A DNA stretch of 63,130 nt, the filler included, from Rhabdomonas costata (lineage: Eukaryota): NCBI GenBank assembly GCA_019059605.1. It is 22 parts of 22 records of this genome, joined end to end, with 100 filler letters (N's around TTAATTAATTAA, not from the genome) between each part and the next. Parts side by side here need not be neighbours in the genome. Positions count along the whole stretch, not along the records: positions 51,746 to 54,516 come from JAHMHO010002099.1; positions 54,617 to 57,392 come from JAHMHO010002100.1; positions 57,493 to 60,262 come from JAHMHO010002101.1; positions 60,363 to 63,130 come from JAHMHO010002102.1; 18 more parts are not named here. One strand, written 5' to 3'. Shown piece after piece: positions 51,746-62,793 of the stretch. Every line of letters begins with the position of its first letter. Position 1 is the first letter of the stretch. The notes beneath the pieces are model-generated. The model had not been told where the DNA came from, searched no databases, and saw nothing but the letters and a program-made list of their open reading frames with translations. The translations under genes and the position numbers were made by a program.

Positions 51746-52391
51746 CCAATGGACTCGTCGACCTCCAAGATTGTCTGCAGCCAAGCTACGCCATCTTTGC
51801 GGTGTCGTCGACCTTTGTTGTACTTGCGCTTGCCAATGGCGGTCTCGTCAGCCTCGATGAGTCCGTACAAGCGCTCATGGGTAGCTTCTGAAAGAGAGGA
51901 ATATAGTAAGTAGCCCGGGGGGGCTCCGTCCCGCCGGACCCTCCCCCCCATATGTCACTAGGGGACACGTTCAAAGCCTCCTAACCCCATGCGAGATCAA
52001 ATACTTTGTCGTAGGGCTAAGGGCATATACGCTCAGGAAGGACAGCCTCTCTGCACAGCTTGATCACCTTGGTGACAGTGGGCTTGGATAAACGACATTG
52101 CTGGCGAATCTGAGACGTGGAGAACTCATAACACCACATGTAGGTGGCCTTCAGCACTGCGTAGCGGTCGTTAAATCCCTTCAGAAAGCAGTCGTCGGTC
52201 ACCACAGCCCAGTCTTGCAGCAAGTTCGAGAAGTGCAACGCCAGTGCCAGGGCTTGGAGGCACATATCATCATCGAAGAACCGTGGCCCATGCAGAAGAC
52301 CAGCATCAACCAGATCGTGGACAAGGGCCAATTCGTCGCCCTAGTAGCGAGCTGCGAGGTCGTCAAGAGTGAGATCAAGAAATCGTTCCAT
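51746..52391 (-). mobile_element. Merlin / IS1595 (ISXO2-like) DDE transposase pseudogene, 5' part, with apparent intron 52030-51888
   Basis: IEADETAIGKRKYNKGRR matches the Merlin VEIDES.FGKRKYNRGR first-Asp motif. Upstream are WRC-x4-C and an HTH region (YMWCYEFSTSQIRQQCRLSKPTV...CRE). An in-frame TAG and frameshifts lie near the N-terminus. Confidence 0.85.
51958..52003 (-). repeat. 46-bp putative Merlin terminal (TIR-like) motif
   Basis: CTAGGGGACACGTTCAAAGCCTCCTAACCCCATGCGAGATCAAATA is 41/46 identical to 57099-57144 on another contig. Confidence 0.85.
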
Positions 52392-52474
52392 TTTTCGCGT
52401 AGAGAAACGCTAAAAAGAGGAAAGGACCCCTTGCGGGAAGATTCTTTACCACTGGAACATTTTTTTCCTGACCC

Positions 52475-52929
52475 TATATTAGAAAATAGTGGATGTCTCA
52501 TCATTTCTACGATTAACATACGATCAGTGTATTTTAATATGTTGATTAGTATATCATGTAATTTTTGTCCAAATTCTGTTTCTTGTAATAATTTATCTTT
52601 CCATGTTAAACAATTAATTCCTAATATATTTGATGGTTGTCGAAAGTTATTTAAATGATTCATAATTATTTGATCAGATATCAAATCTGTAGGTGGTTTA
52701 CCAATAAAACACAAATATGATTCATAACTGCATAATGACCTATTGGTCTTGTCACAATTTGTGATGCTCTTTTTCGATTACAATCATTAATAAATTGAAC
52801 AATCATTTCACCAATGACCCACATGTCCGCCTCTTGTGTTATTTTTGGGAGACCCATTATTTTTTCTGGTGCTTGAAAGGAAAGTTCAAAATCCATTTTT
52901 TCCTGAATTCGTTCGTTGCGTTCCCCCAT
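52475..52929 (-). pseudogene. AT-rich, intronless Ser/Thr protein kinase C-lobe relic (CMGC-like)
   Basis: SFQAPEKIMGLPKITQEADMWVIG (subdomains VIII-IX), a frameshift, then IGKPP...DILINILKY...R...EMMRHPLF (X-XI). Confidence 0.75.
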
Positions 52930-54989
52930 CCGTCGCGGTTAGTGTACTTGAAAAAAGGAGCCATGTGTGCTTGTTGAGCTGAACTGAAGAATTATCAAGC
53001 GTTGCCAATTTCTTAATCGTCTGTTGTTTTTATTTTATTTTAAAAGTTATGTAAAATATTAATATTTCAATTTTATTCAAATAAACTACTTATTTGTAAT
53101 GAGTTATAATACAAAATTTATTATATTTAATGTAGTTTTTATATGTTAAAATATTTTGACACATAAAAACAAAGGCAAAGCACGACGCAGTCTAGCGAGT
53201 CCTGCTAGCGTCTGCATATATAAGTTCAGCCAGACATCCTAATCAGAGTCGGTGTCAGAGCTGGAGTCCGATTTATCAGAGACGATGTCAGACTCCGAAT
53301 CAAGATCAGGCAAGTAAGATTCCGAACTGATGTACTCTGTTGGTGGAGTCTCCATTGCTGTTTTCATTGACAGCACCATTTGAAGAACGACGGATTCGGC
53401 AGTCTCGCAACCACGAATCGTTCGTTCTTCGCATTCTTCATGGATGAGACCACAGCGAAGCCGTTCCTCATTTCCAGCTGTCGAATCGTGTACAGCAAGA
53501 TTCGTTTTCTCTCTTGATCTTGCTTGCGTGCTTGTTCTTGTTCCTTTTTCAGAGCCTTTTGCTGTTCGAAAAGTTGAACCTTTTCCTCAGCACGTGCTCG
53601 TTCCATCTTGTGTTGATTTTGACGACGACGACCTCACAGAATCAGAAACCGAGAGACGAAGGTAGATACACATCATGTTTTTTTTGTAAATTTCCTTTTG
53701 AATGCGATGAAAACATGCTGTACAGTCCTTTTCCAGAAAAACTTGCCCATCAAGAAAGACCCGAACACAGATGAGCGGACACCCGCTCAGGAACAACCGG
53801 CCAAAAGAATGCCAAAGAAAACCCAGGCCATCCTCTCCCCCCTCGAACGCAGCTTTCGAATAATAAAAAAACAGGAGGTGGGAGGCGGGGGGCGGTGTTT
53901 GTATCTGGAACTCTGGCGTCCACGGCCTGCTGCAGAAGCTCCCCGCGAAAGCACGCACATCAGCGTCTCGAAATCTCCCCATCGGCACCTCCGTCTCCGC
54001 AAAAAACTCCGCCACCATCAGCTCGAACAGCGTCCGCATTCCCTGAAGAGAAAATATTCCAGATGGGCAAAGATGGGAATCGACCGAAGTATAAACCACA
54101 AAAAAAGGTGATAATACCTCCTCACTGCCAAAGCGCATCATGATTTTCCCCTACTGGTTCTTGGGAAAGGCCCTGGGTTGGGCTAGTAACGTTGCCCATG
54201 CTCTCGTCCGCACCTCGTGGAGAGCGTCGTGCTGCCTCCGGACGGGGCGCTCGACACAACCCCGCCGTTGAGGATGAGGACGTCTGACGTCTCTGACATC
54301 ACTATTTTGACACAGGTGAACTTTGACCAGACGTAACCGCCCAACTGTCATAACACATCCAAAATGTTTTTGTGTCTTTGAATTTTCGTTTTCTTTTGTA
54401 AATTCATTTCTATTTTGTTTCTATATTTAATTACATCACTTTCTGCAAAGATTCCCCATTCCAACAATTCAAATTTCGGACTTATTCGCGAGTTACTGAA
54501 AACAGCCACCCACAAANNNNNNNNNNNNNNNNNNNNNNNNNNNNNNNNNNNNNNNNNNNNTTAATTAATTAANNNNNNNNNNNNNNNNNNNNNNNNNNNN
54601 NNNNNNNNNNNNNNNNGGGGTGGTGGGGTGAGATCCAAAGACTAATTGACAAATCTAAAAAAGGGTTTGAGGGTTAAAATTCTCTTGAATCTGCACCAGC
54701 GTGCAGGGGGAGGTCACGGTGTAGGAAAGTATATCTGAGGGTCGACTGCGCCTTGGGGTGCAAGAGGAGAGGTGAGAATACGAGAATACGCATTGTCATC
54801 CACCTCGATAATTCGTGAGCCGAATAAACTCTCGAGCTAAAAGACCGCCTGGCAACTTTGAAGAGCTGAGGCATTCAGCAGGAGGGGCTCCGAAGTCGAC
54901 GCCACTGCACAGATGCTGTCCCGAGATGCTGTCCCGCGTCGGGGCATTGCACGAATCCAACGGAGCAGGCGGTCAAAAGCTGTGCCTTG

Positions 54990-56250
54990 TGGTTTGTTGA
55001 ACACTGATGATCTTCTTCTGATCGAGCGACGACAGGAGAAATTTGCAAATACCGCTTCCCAGTCTGGACGCTGACCACTTTGTCACTCGGAAGCTCGTGT
55101 TGCACAAACGCAGATTCTTGTCAGCCCAGGAAAAGCACGAACTCCTCATACTTTTCTCGAAGCGAAACCGCAGAATCAAAATCAAAGTGAGGCATGGCAG
55201 AGGGCCGCAGAAGACCACAGAAGGCCGCTGTCCTTGCAGACATATCGCACCACAGGATCATACGGATTTCGATCCCAACCCAATCGGATCTAGGCCACAT
55301 ATTCTTCTTCATTTGTATGCAACCATCGCATTCGCACCGAAGCGGAATTTGCTCAAAAACACTTCGACACTTCCGCTGCCACCGTGCGCTTTAAAAATCG
55401 CTGTGCAGCTCCGTTAACATTGGCGCAAAGGTCTTCTCGGGCGTGAAAACCCTTGATGTTTCCTCCACATGTGCTCAAGCATGTACTTCACTTGATAATC
55501 GGAGCCTTCAATTTGGGCCTTTAACATGGGATCGCTGATCGGCGACATGGTCACGTTCTTGTGAAACTCAGCCAACTCGACCGAGTACAACTTGACCAAC
55601 TTTCGAGGGTCCGTATTAAGGAGCTCAGCAACGGCCTCTGCTCAGAAACTATTTGAGATGCCAGCTAACTCGTCGGAGAGATTCATCTGGAACACTGGGT
55701 GGTCCATCAGCTCGATGTGAGACTGATGTTGGGAGGCTTGAATGATGTTGATTGTGTTCGGAGACTACACGCTTGCGTTGCAACGAAGCTCAGACTCCGT
55801 CACGACAACCTTCATAAACTCTCTGTCTGTGTCACACTTCTTGAACTGCTGCTCGTCGACGTACACAAACACCTTCCACGCCACCGCCGCAATACACTGC
55901 CCTGTCAAGTGCTCTCACTTCTGCACGCAATTCTTGGGGCCCAGGATTGCAAAAAAGAGCGCCTGACAATCCTTTCCTCGCTCCTTGCGCCGAAAACAGT
56001 GCGATATACTTTCGTTGAAGTTGTCCAAGGAACTGCAAAAGATGCGCCATGAAATGTAGCAGATATCACCAGTCGGCCTATATCACACGCCCATCGGTCA
56101 CCGGTGTCTAAAGTGGTACATCGCCAGACAGCCTTGCACCGATTTTTGGAGGTCAATCTCCGATACGTCCTCTCGTGATATGCCGATGGTGCTGAACGGA
56201 TGATGTGTGTCATATAAGGGTGAGAGGCCACCATCCCCAATTTCAATGAA
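54990..56250 (-). pseudogene. Decayed primase-helicase (DUF5906 / D5-like SF3 ATPase), virus- or Polinton-like
   Basis: Motifs in the expected order across stops and frameshifts: AHLLQ...IALFSAQGARKG (Walker A), KVFVYVDE (Walker B), MKVVVTESELRCN, NTINIIQASQ (motif C), and a later KYEEFVLF winged-helix-like segment. No introns. Confidence 0.7.
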
Positions 56251-57098
56251 CGCAATGCATCAAAAAGTGCACAGCCTCGAAGAAGTAAGGACGGAAACTA
56301 GGTCAAATCAAGTAAGTTCCAATCAAATCAGTGGTAATTAATGAGTTCGACCCATTTGGGCATCAACCACCAGTAAGGAAAACCAGCAATGCAGGTACTG
56401 GTTGGTGAGTGAAGCAGACTGCAGTCAACATACAGTTCACATACTCATCCAACAACCGGCCCATCCCCGTGCCAGCGCCTCTCTCTTTCTCTCATTTGCT
56501 CCCGCGTACCGTCTCCGAAACCAGCGCTGGACATCATGCGGTCCATCAGCTTCTGCTGTGCTTTCAGCTCCTCCTCCATCATAGAGCGCATGCTCGAAAA
56601 GATGGCTGAGTGATTCCCGAATCCCGGGGCGGCCTCGTAAGGAACTGCAGCCCTGAGTGGTGCGGCCGTCATTCGTGGATGAAGGTGCAAAGGTGAAACA
56701 AAGCTCAGGTCTGCAAGACAGACAGGAAGAGGAAATAACATTTTTCTAAACACCCTTGAATTTCGCCAGCTGCAAAAATATGTACATGCATTTTACTTAC
56801 GTGATTCGTAGTTACGGCTGCTCTCATCCTTTAGATGTAAAATTTCTGATTTTGATTTTGAAATGAAATAATCGAGCCCTACTTGGATCTTTCTGCGGCG
56901 AGTCTTCCCTTTTTCGATGGGTCTCTTTCTTCACCAATCACGATTGCAACCACAGCTCATGGGAATTCAAAATGAGACTTAGAAACCTCAACGTTTATTC
57001 TTCTCCATATCAATCACTCGTTCCCAAAGGTACAAGTAAATCTACTGTCCCGTAGGGAGGAACACATATTCGGCATACGTTCAGCAGTGAACCTTTTT

Positions 57099-57392
57099 CT
57101 AGGGGACACGTGCATCGCTTCCTAACCCCCTGCGAGATCAAATATTACAATATTCACTGGAAATGTCCATTGCGAATGTGCTCCATCAACGAAAGAAAGG
57201 GGTCCTTGCCATCCAAGTTTGCTCTCCACTGGAACTCCTCCATACCAGGGCCACCTATCACTCCAGCACCCCAGGAAGCCTCATTGTTCATAACACATTG
57301 CCGAAACCGACCACTCCAGTCAGCAACAGTAGCGCGACCATGGCCCAGAATGTGCTCCGCCCTTAGCCCAGCACAGTCATGAACCGACAACC
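57099..57392 (-). mobile_element. Internally deleted Merlin element 3' end (transposase remnant 57390-57154 plus terminal motif 57144-57099)
   Basis: TVADWSGRFRQCV...VIGGPG (just upstream of the first Asp in Merlin) is fused in frame to EEFQWR...DPFLSLMEHIR* (Merlin C-terminus). The shared motif starts about 10 nt after the stop. Confidence 0.75.
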
Positions 57393-60300
57393 NNNNNNNN
57401 NNNNNNNNNNNNNNNNNNNNNNNNNNNNNNNNNNNNTTAATTAATTAANNNNNNNNNNNNNNNNNNNNNNNNNNNNNNNNNNNNNNNNNNNNCCGACCGT
57501 ACTCCCTTTCGTTTTTCTTCCTTTGGGACTGGTACGGATAGGGATTTTCGGGTGGCTTGACGAAAGAGCGATAGCGAGAGTTCGAGTGAGCGAGACAGGA
57601 TCAGGGAGAGACCACCAGAGGCTGCAGCCCATGCTGCCCACCACACTGCCTCTTAGAGCCGAAGAGGTGAGCTCCTTCATTAGTGAGGTGAGGATCTTGC
57701 GCATGCACGCAGCGCGCGCGCACACACATACAGACACACACGCACACACACGCACAGGTGGAGAGAGAGAGAGAGAGAGGTCTGCCCACAGTTAGCTCCC
57801 TGGCTCGCTTGCGGCCTATCTTTACCCATGTAAGGTGACTACACTGCAGGAACAGATGTTCCAACGTTCCCCCGATGTTTTGGGATTTGGTGATTGAATT
57901 GCTCAATCATCGATCTGTTGTACCCTGCATTTTGAGTCCCTTTCATGCCCCAAAGGCAGACCGACCAAAAACCGGCACTCTCCATGTGATCCCCCCACCC
58001 CATCCTTTTCACCGTATCCTTCCCTTCCATCTGTTTGCAGAATGAACCAAAACCTAGCTTAGCTTACGTTATACGTCGCCCTCCTCGTGGTGAGGCCAAT
58101 GGCATTCTGTAAATGAAGGGCGAGCCTTGGTGGTAAAGGTGTGTGCTTCTTCTCTGTGGTCCATTCCTGCCAGTTGTGCAGTTTTTGCACGTAGCGCTCC
58201 ATTTGTCTACCTCTCATTCGTCTTTCTGATGAAAAATGCCACACAGGAAAAGTTCAGGTATTCTGCATGCACACATGAACCGCACGTTCCACACGTACAC
58301 ACACACTCCCTATTTTCCGGTGTCGGACCATCTGGCTCCATAGTCGCGTCCACAATCGCATGTAAATTTGCGGTTCGATGAAGCGATTTCGGAGTAGGTG
58401 TGCCTTTCATTCATTGGGATGTGACGGAGACGTGCAGGCAAGAATGTCCTCTGCGCGTTCACCAAGTTCCGCCCATTTCCCTTCTCCCTGCCCCGTGTCA
58501 TTCTCACGTTCTGCTGTTGCCTCTTTTCGTCTTCCTTGTCTATCACGTTGATGTCCTTTTCTATTCTTTTTCTCTATCACGTTATCTTTGAGCGTTCAGG
58601 ATGCGGAGGTGCTGGCGTGGGAATCTGGGACGGGCGCTGAAGTGGGAAAGACGTATGCCTTCCAACTCAAGTGCGCTCGAATGTCAGAGAGTGTGTTGGC
58701 TTCATATTATTCCGTCTGAGATGGATTTTTGATGTCGAGCTGATGCCATCAGTGCTCTCTGGTTTGTTGTGTGGTGACTTGAGGCGGGGGCTACTTTCCG
58801 GAACCCCACAAGCTCCTGCTCAATGAAACGCCCCCACCACCCAGTAGACCCCTTTACCCCAGCCCTTCTTCTTTTCTTTTTGGATCTTCCGCCTACTGCT
58901 CTACATCATCATCATTCACTTTCCATTTTTTGCATCCTGTTTTGCGCACAATTATTTCACGTGTCGTTGAGTTCCGTCTCCGGAGTTCAGTCATATCTGA
59001 AGCGGGTTGTCGTACTCCTCTGCCTCCCCGATGACCCGCTTGAACCCCAAGTAAAGGATGCTCCCCTCCGAAACATCTTGTACCAGGTCCTGGTTCCTCC
59101 ATCCTTCTTCCAGTTCTCAATACGCCAAACCAAACTTCCTCACTTCCCCCGCCGCTGTGCCGCGTTGCATGCACTCGTCTCTCCGGTATCATTGAAATCC
59201 GCCGATGAGCGCGCTTCCCCCCTCTCGGTCAGACGGAGGGAGCGGAGACGGCCACTCCCGGTCTCCTTAGCCAGCCTCTCTATGCCTCCCTCCCCTAATG
59301 TACACGGTCTATCGCCTCCGTATCACGAGCTTTATCTGCTTGTGGTTAACCGGGGAAGTGCAAGGTAGTCGTGAGACGGAGTAGCTGGTGGGTTGATTTA
59401 TCGTAGGAAGACAAAGGAACTGTCGGGCAGCCCATCTATCGACTTCCTTTACCTCTCTCGCGGCCTGGCCTTCTCCACAACTCCAAGCCCAGACGGGGAT
59501 ACATCTGTCCCCTTCCCTATGTTCACTCTGTTTCGTTTTGCCTCTTTCTCAGTCCGTTGTTTTTACTTGTGGTGCCGGGTTCGAACCGAAACCTTTGTGC
59601 AGCGGAATGTGGCACAAGTGGTATGATGTGGTTCGAGCGCCCCTTGCAGAACCCTTGAGATATCATGCGGTTTAGGGGGGAACCCCACCTGCAACCGAAA
59701 TATGGATTCACCCTTGAAATATGCTTCTCTAATGGACTGAATTGAGTCTCGAGCGGAACGATCGCCCGCGAGGTATTCTGTATTTTGTATTAAGCGTTAC
59801 CACAATTTTGACCATTCCGCCGTGTTCAACGCAATACTGTAACCCGTGAGGGAATCAACTGAGGGAGGAAATGCCAGGGATGGCACTAACACAAATTCTA
59901 TTCTATTCTATTTCACAGAGGGACAGCTTTTATCAGCTCGAAGATTCTTCCTCAAAGACCTCTGCAGCACATAAAAATCACGCAAGCACCGTGTGGCCTT
60001 TCCGATGGCTGCATCAAGGGCATGCATTCCAGGCCCCCTGGGGAATCCACCTTCCGATGGAATCCCCACCACCACCGCAGTCTCCTCCCCTATTAGGGCT
60101 CATCCGCTGTCTACACAGTTTGGCTACGGCAACGCCTAAAGTAGCCCACTTTTAGTGACTCCCTTAAATTGACCTTAAATAGCTTATGAAGCCCCACGGC
60201 TACCCTCTTTTCTGCAGAAAGGTGTTCCTTTGATTCCTTGCTTCGTCACTCCTCCCAAAACCNNNNNNNNNNNNNNNNNNNNNNNNNNNNNNNNNNNNNN

Positions 60301-61111
60301 NNNNNNTTAATTAATTAANNNNNNNNNNNNNNNNNNNNNNNNNNNNNNNNNNNNNNNNNNNNGGTTGGTTGGGCATTCATCCATTTGATGGATTTAATGT
60401 GCTTGATAGATGGATTTCTCCCCTTTTTTTGTTTCACAGAAGCTCGCGGAGGTGAGCGAGAACCTTGGCCCTGCCATGGTGGGTCTGACCATCAAGCACA
60501 AGGCAGACGAGGAGGAGTGGCAGTGAGTGAGGAAGGCTGGGGTTTGGGCTCCGCTATGCCCACCCACGCAGTTGCGGCATAGTTGCGGCAGCGAAAATTT
60601 CTCCGCCATCATGGCGGAACTGCCCTGCCATGTCTGCTTTGATTGTCTCTTATTGGTCTTTCCTTTGTCGGTCCCTTTTTCTATTGCTGAACCTGTGCCC
60701 TGTTTGTGCTGTGGATCTGCCTATTGCCACAGTTTGCGCAGTTCCACGTGTCTTGAAGAATCAGTGTTAATGGGGAGGGGAGGCGGGTGCTGCACTCAGG
60801 CATGCGCTAGCGGCGTCCTGTTGACTTCTGAGATATCATTGGCAGAGGCCAAGCGTAAACCCCAACAAACTGGGGTCTCTGAGAGGTTGCTCACTCATAT
60901 GATGATACCTTAAAAAACGGTGAGGGTCACCGGGGCTGTGTTCTTGAAGCCCGTTTTCATCATACAAACCCAGCGCGCTTTTGTCCCCGCGCGTGAGTGC
61001 TGTACGTACGTGTTGTGTTCTTGCGTTGTGCGGAAGGTCCTTGGAAGTAAAGGCACCAGAGTTTCTGAGAGAGGCTCTGAGCGACCCTCCTTTCTATTTG
61101 GGGTGCTCCCA

Positions 61112-62793
61112 ATGGCGCTGACTGTTGGGGTGCTATGCCTGCAAGGTGGGTTCTTGGAGCATCAGCAAAAGCTGCAGGAGCTGGGCGCTTCTGTGCGGGA
61201 GGTGCGCGCTCCCGCCGACCTGCAGGGCCTGGACGGGCTCATCTTGCCTGGTGCCCACCCAGTTTGCTGTCTTCGTTTTTGTTTCTGGAGAACAGGATGC
61301 CTTTGTTTGCTAATTCTCTGTTTTCTTTTCCCTTTAGTTTTTTTTCTTTGCACGACAGGCTTTTCTAGAGAAGGGGGGGGGGATGTGATCAAACAACGAG
61401 TTCCTCAATTCTCAGGGGAACCACCAGCGGCTGCAGCCCGTGGTATTGCCCACCACGAGACGTCACAGAACTTGATCTCCAACGTTTCTCAATAGAAAGT
61501 ACTCATTGCCAATCGTCAGTGCTACGAAAAACCCTGTGGTGCGAACCTGCGGTGAACTCACTACGCTTTGCTTTGATCGAATTTTTCCGGCACTTTTTCC
61601 TCTCTTCATTAACTGGCCTTGCGGGGAGGTGAAGAGAGGAGCTTTGTTTTCTCCGCGGCATATTAGGCGGTGAGAGCACTACCTTTGGACTGGTAGCTAC
61701 CCGCAACGGCCTCACCGGCCCTCTGCGGCAGTGGGTGAGCGAAGGCATGCCCACCTGGGGAACCTGTGCTGGGCTCATCGTTCTGGCTTCCCGGGTACTC
61801 CATGAGATGGAGGGTCACCAACCCTTGGTGTGTGTCGTGCTCCTGCTGCTCTCACCTCAGCTAGCGTGCCAGGTGCTCAGCACTCACTCACGCATACAGT
61901 TTAAAGCTGTGTGCGTTTGAAAAGTCACCAGCAAAGGTCAAACCAACCCCAGGTTCACAACCGTGGCGTCACTTTTTTTGGGTTCGATCCGACTTTCAGG
62001 CATTTGCTTCGGGCGTTTGGGTTGATTGGTATATGCTGCGTTTTCCACGGAGTGTGGTTTTTTCCTTTCGTTTGTAGTTTGTCTCTGTGCAAATCATCTG
62101 GCCGCACAGATCGGTGGCCTGGACGTGGAGGTCAGTCGCAACGCTTTTGGACGTCAGGTCCAGAGCTGCGAGCGCTCTGTGCAGCTCCAGTCCCCTGCAC
62201 AGCAGTCTGCCATCCTGCGAGAGGTCTCCAGAATGTGCAATGATCTTTCCGTTGCAAAGCGGGATCTGCTGTCTTTGCTGCTATGCCACTGTCGCGAATA
62301 GAGGACAGGTGGCGTAAATGCCGCCTGACACGTCCTCTTCTGCTTGCTTTTGGTTGGTGTCATTAACTTCGTTGACAACCCAATAGAGGTGAAGCACTTG
62401 CTGAGGCAAGAATAGGAATTGAAATCATGAAGGACGTTGAGGACAGCTTGTTTGTGGTTATTTTTTTTCCAGGTTGACGTTTTGAAAAAAGTCCTTTCCT
62501 TTCCCTTCCCTTGGTTTTGCTCTGGTCGAAACCTTCACAAAGAAATCATGTGGTGAATTGCACTTTTTGGTCCCCCTGGGCGATTTTTTATTGCAAACTT
62601 TGTCTCTTTGCATCAACGTGCTGCCGAACCAAAAACGAAGCTTGGAGCGTCTTGCTGCCGCGGGGGTCTGTGGGTTACTCAGAGCAGTAGCGTTCCCATG
62701 GTCTTCATTCGAGCTCCCCAAGTCACGGCGGTGCTGTCCGACAAGGCGCAGGTCCTTGCATCCCTGCCAGCGGATCACGAACAACAAGCCACG
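61112..62793 (+). CDS. PDX2: Pyridoxal 5'-phosphate synthase glutaminase subunit (PdxT/SNO), 5' partial; exons 61112-61250, 61667-61827, 62110-62223, 62683-62793
   Basis: [34 protein letters not shown] (catalytic Cys), [26 protein letters not shown] introns. The FHPE exon is not in the window. Confidence 0.95.

Noticed and set aside
52340-52345. In-frame TAG in the Merlin ORF (and stops in the helicase relic) as stop-codon reassignment
   Set aside because: The same ORFs also have frameshifts, while host exons contain no internal stops and end in TGA/TAA. Pseudogenisation explains it.
11987-62793. Non-conventional (non GT-AG) euglenid-type introns
   Set aside because: Every intron I could reconstruct is GT-AG. 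None can be demonstrated without transcripts, though unresolved genes could hide some.
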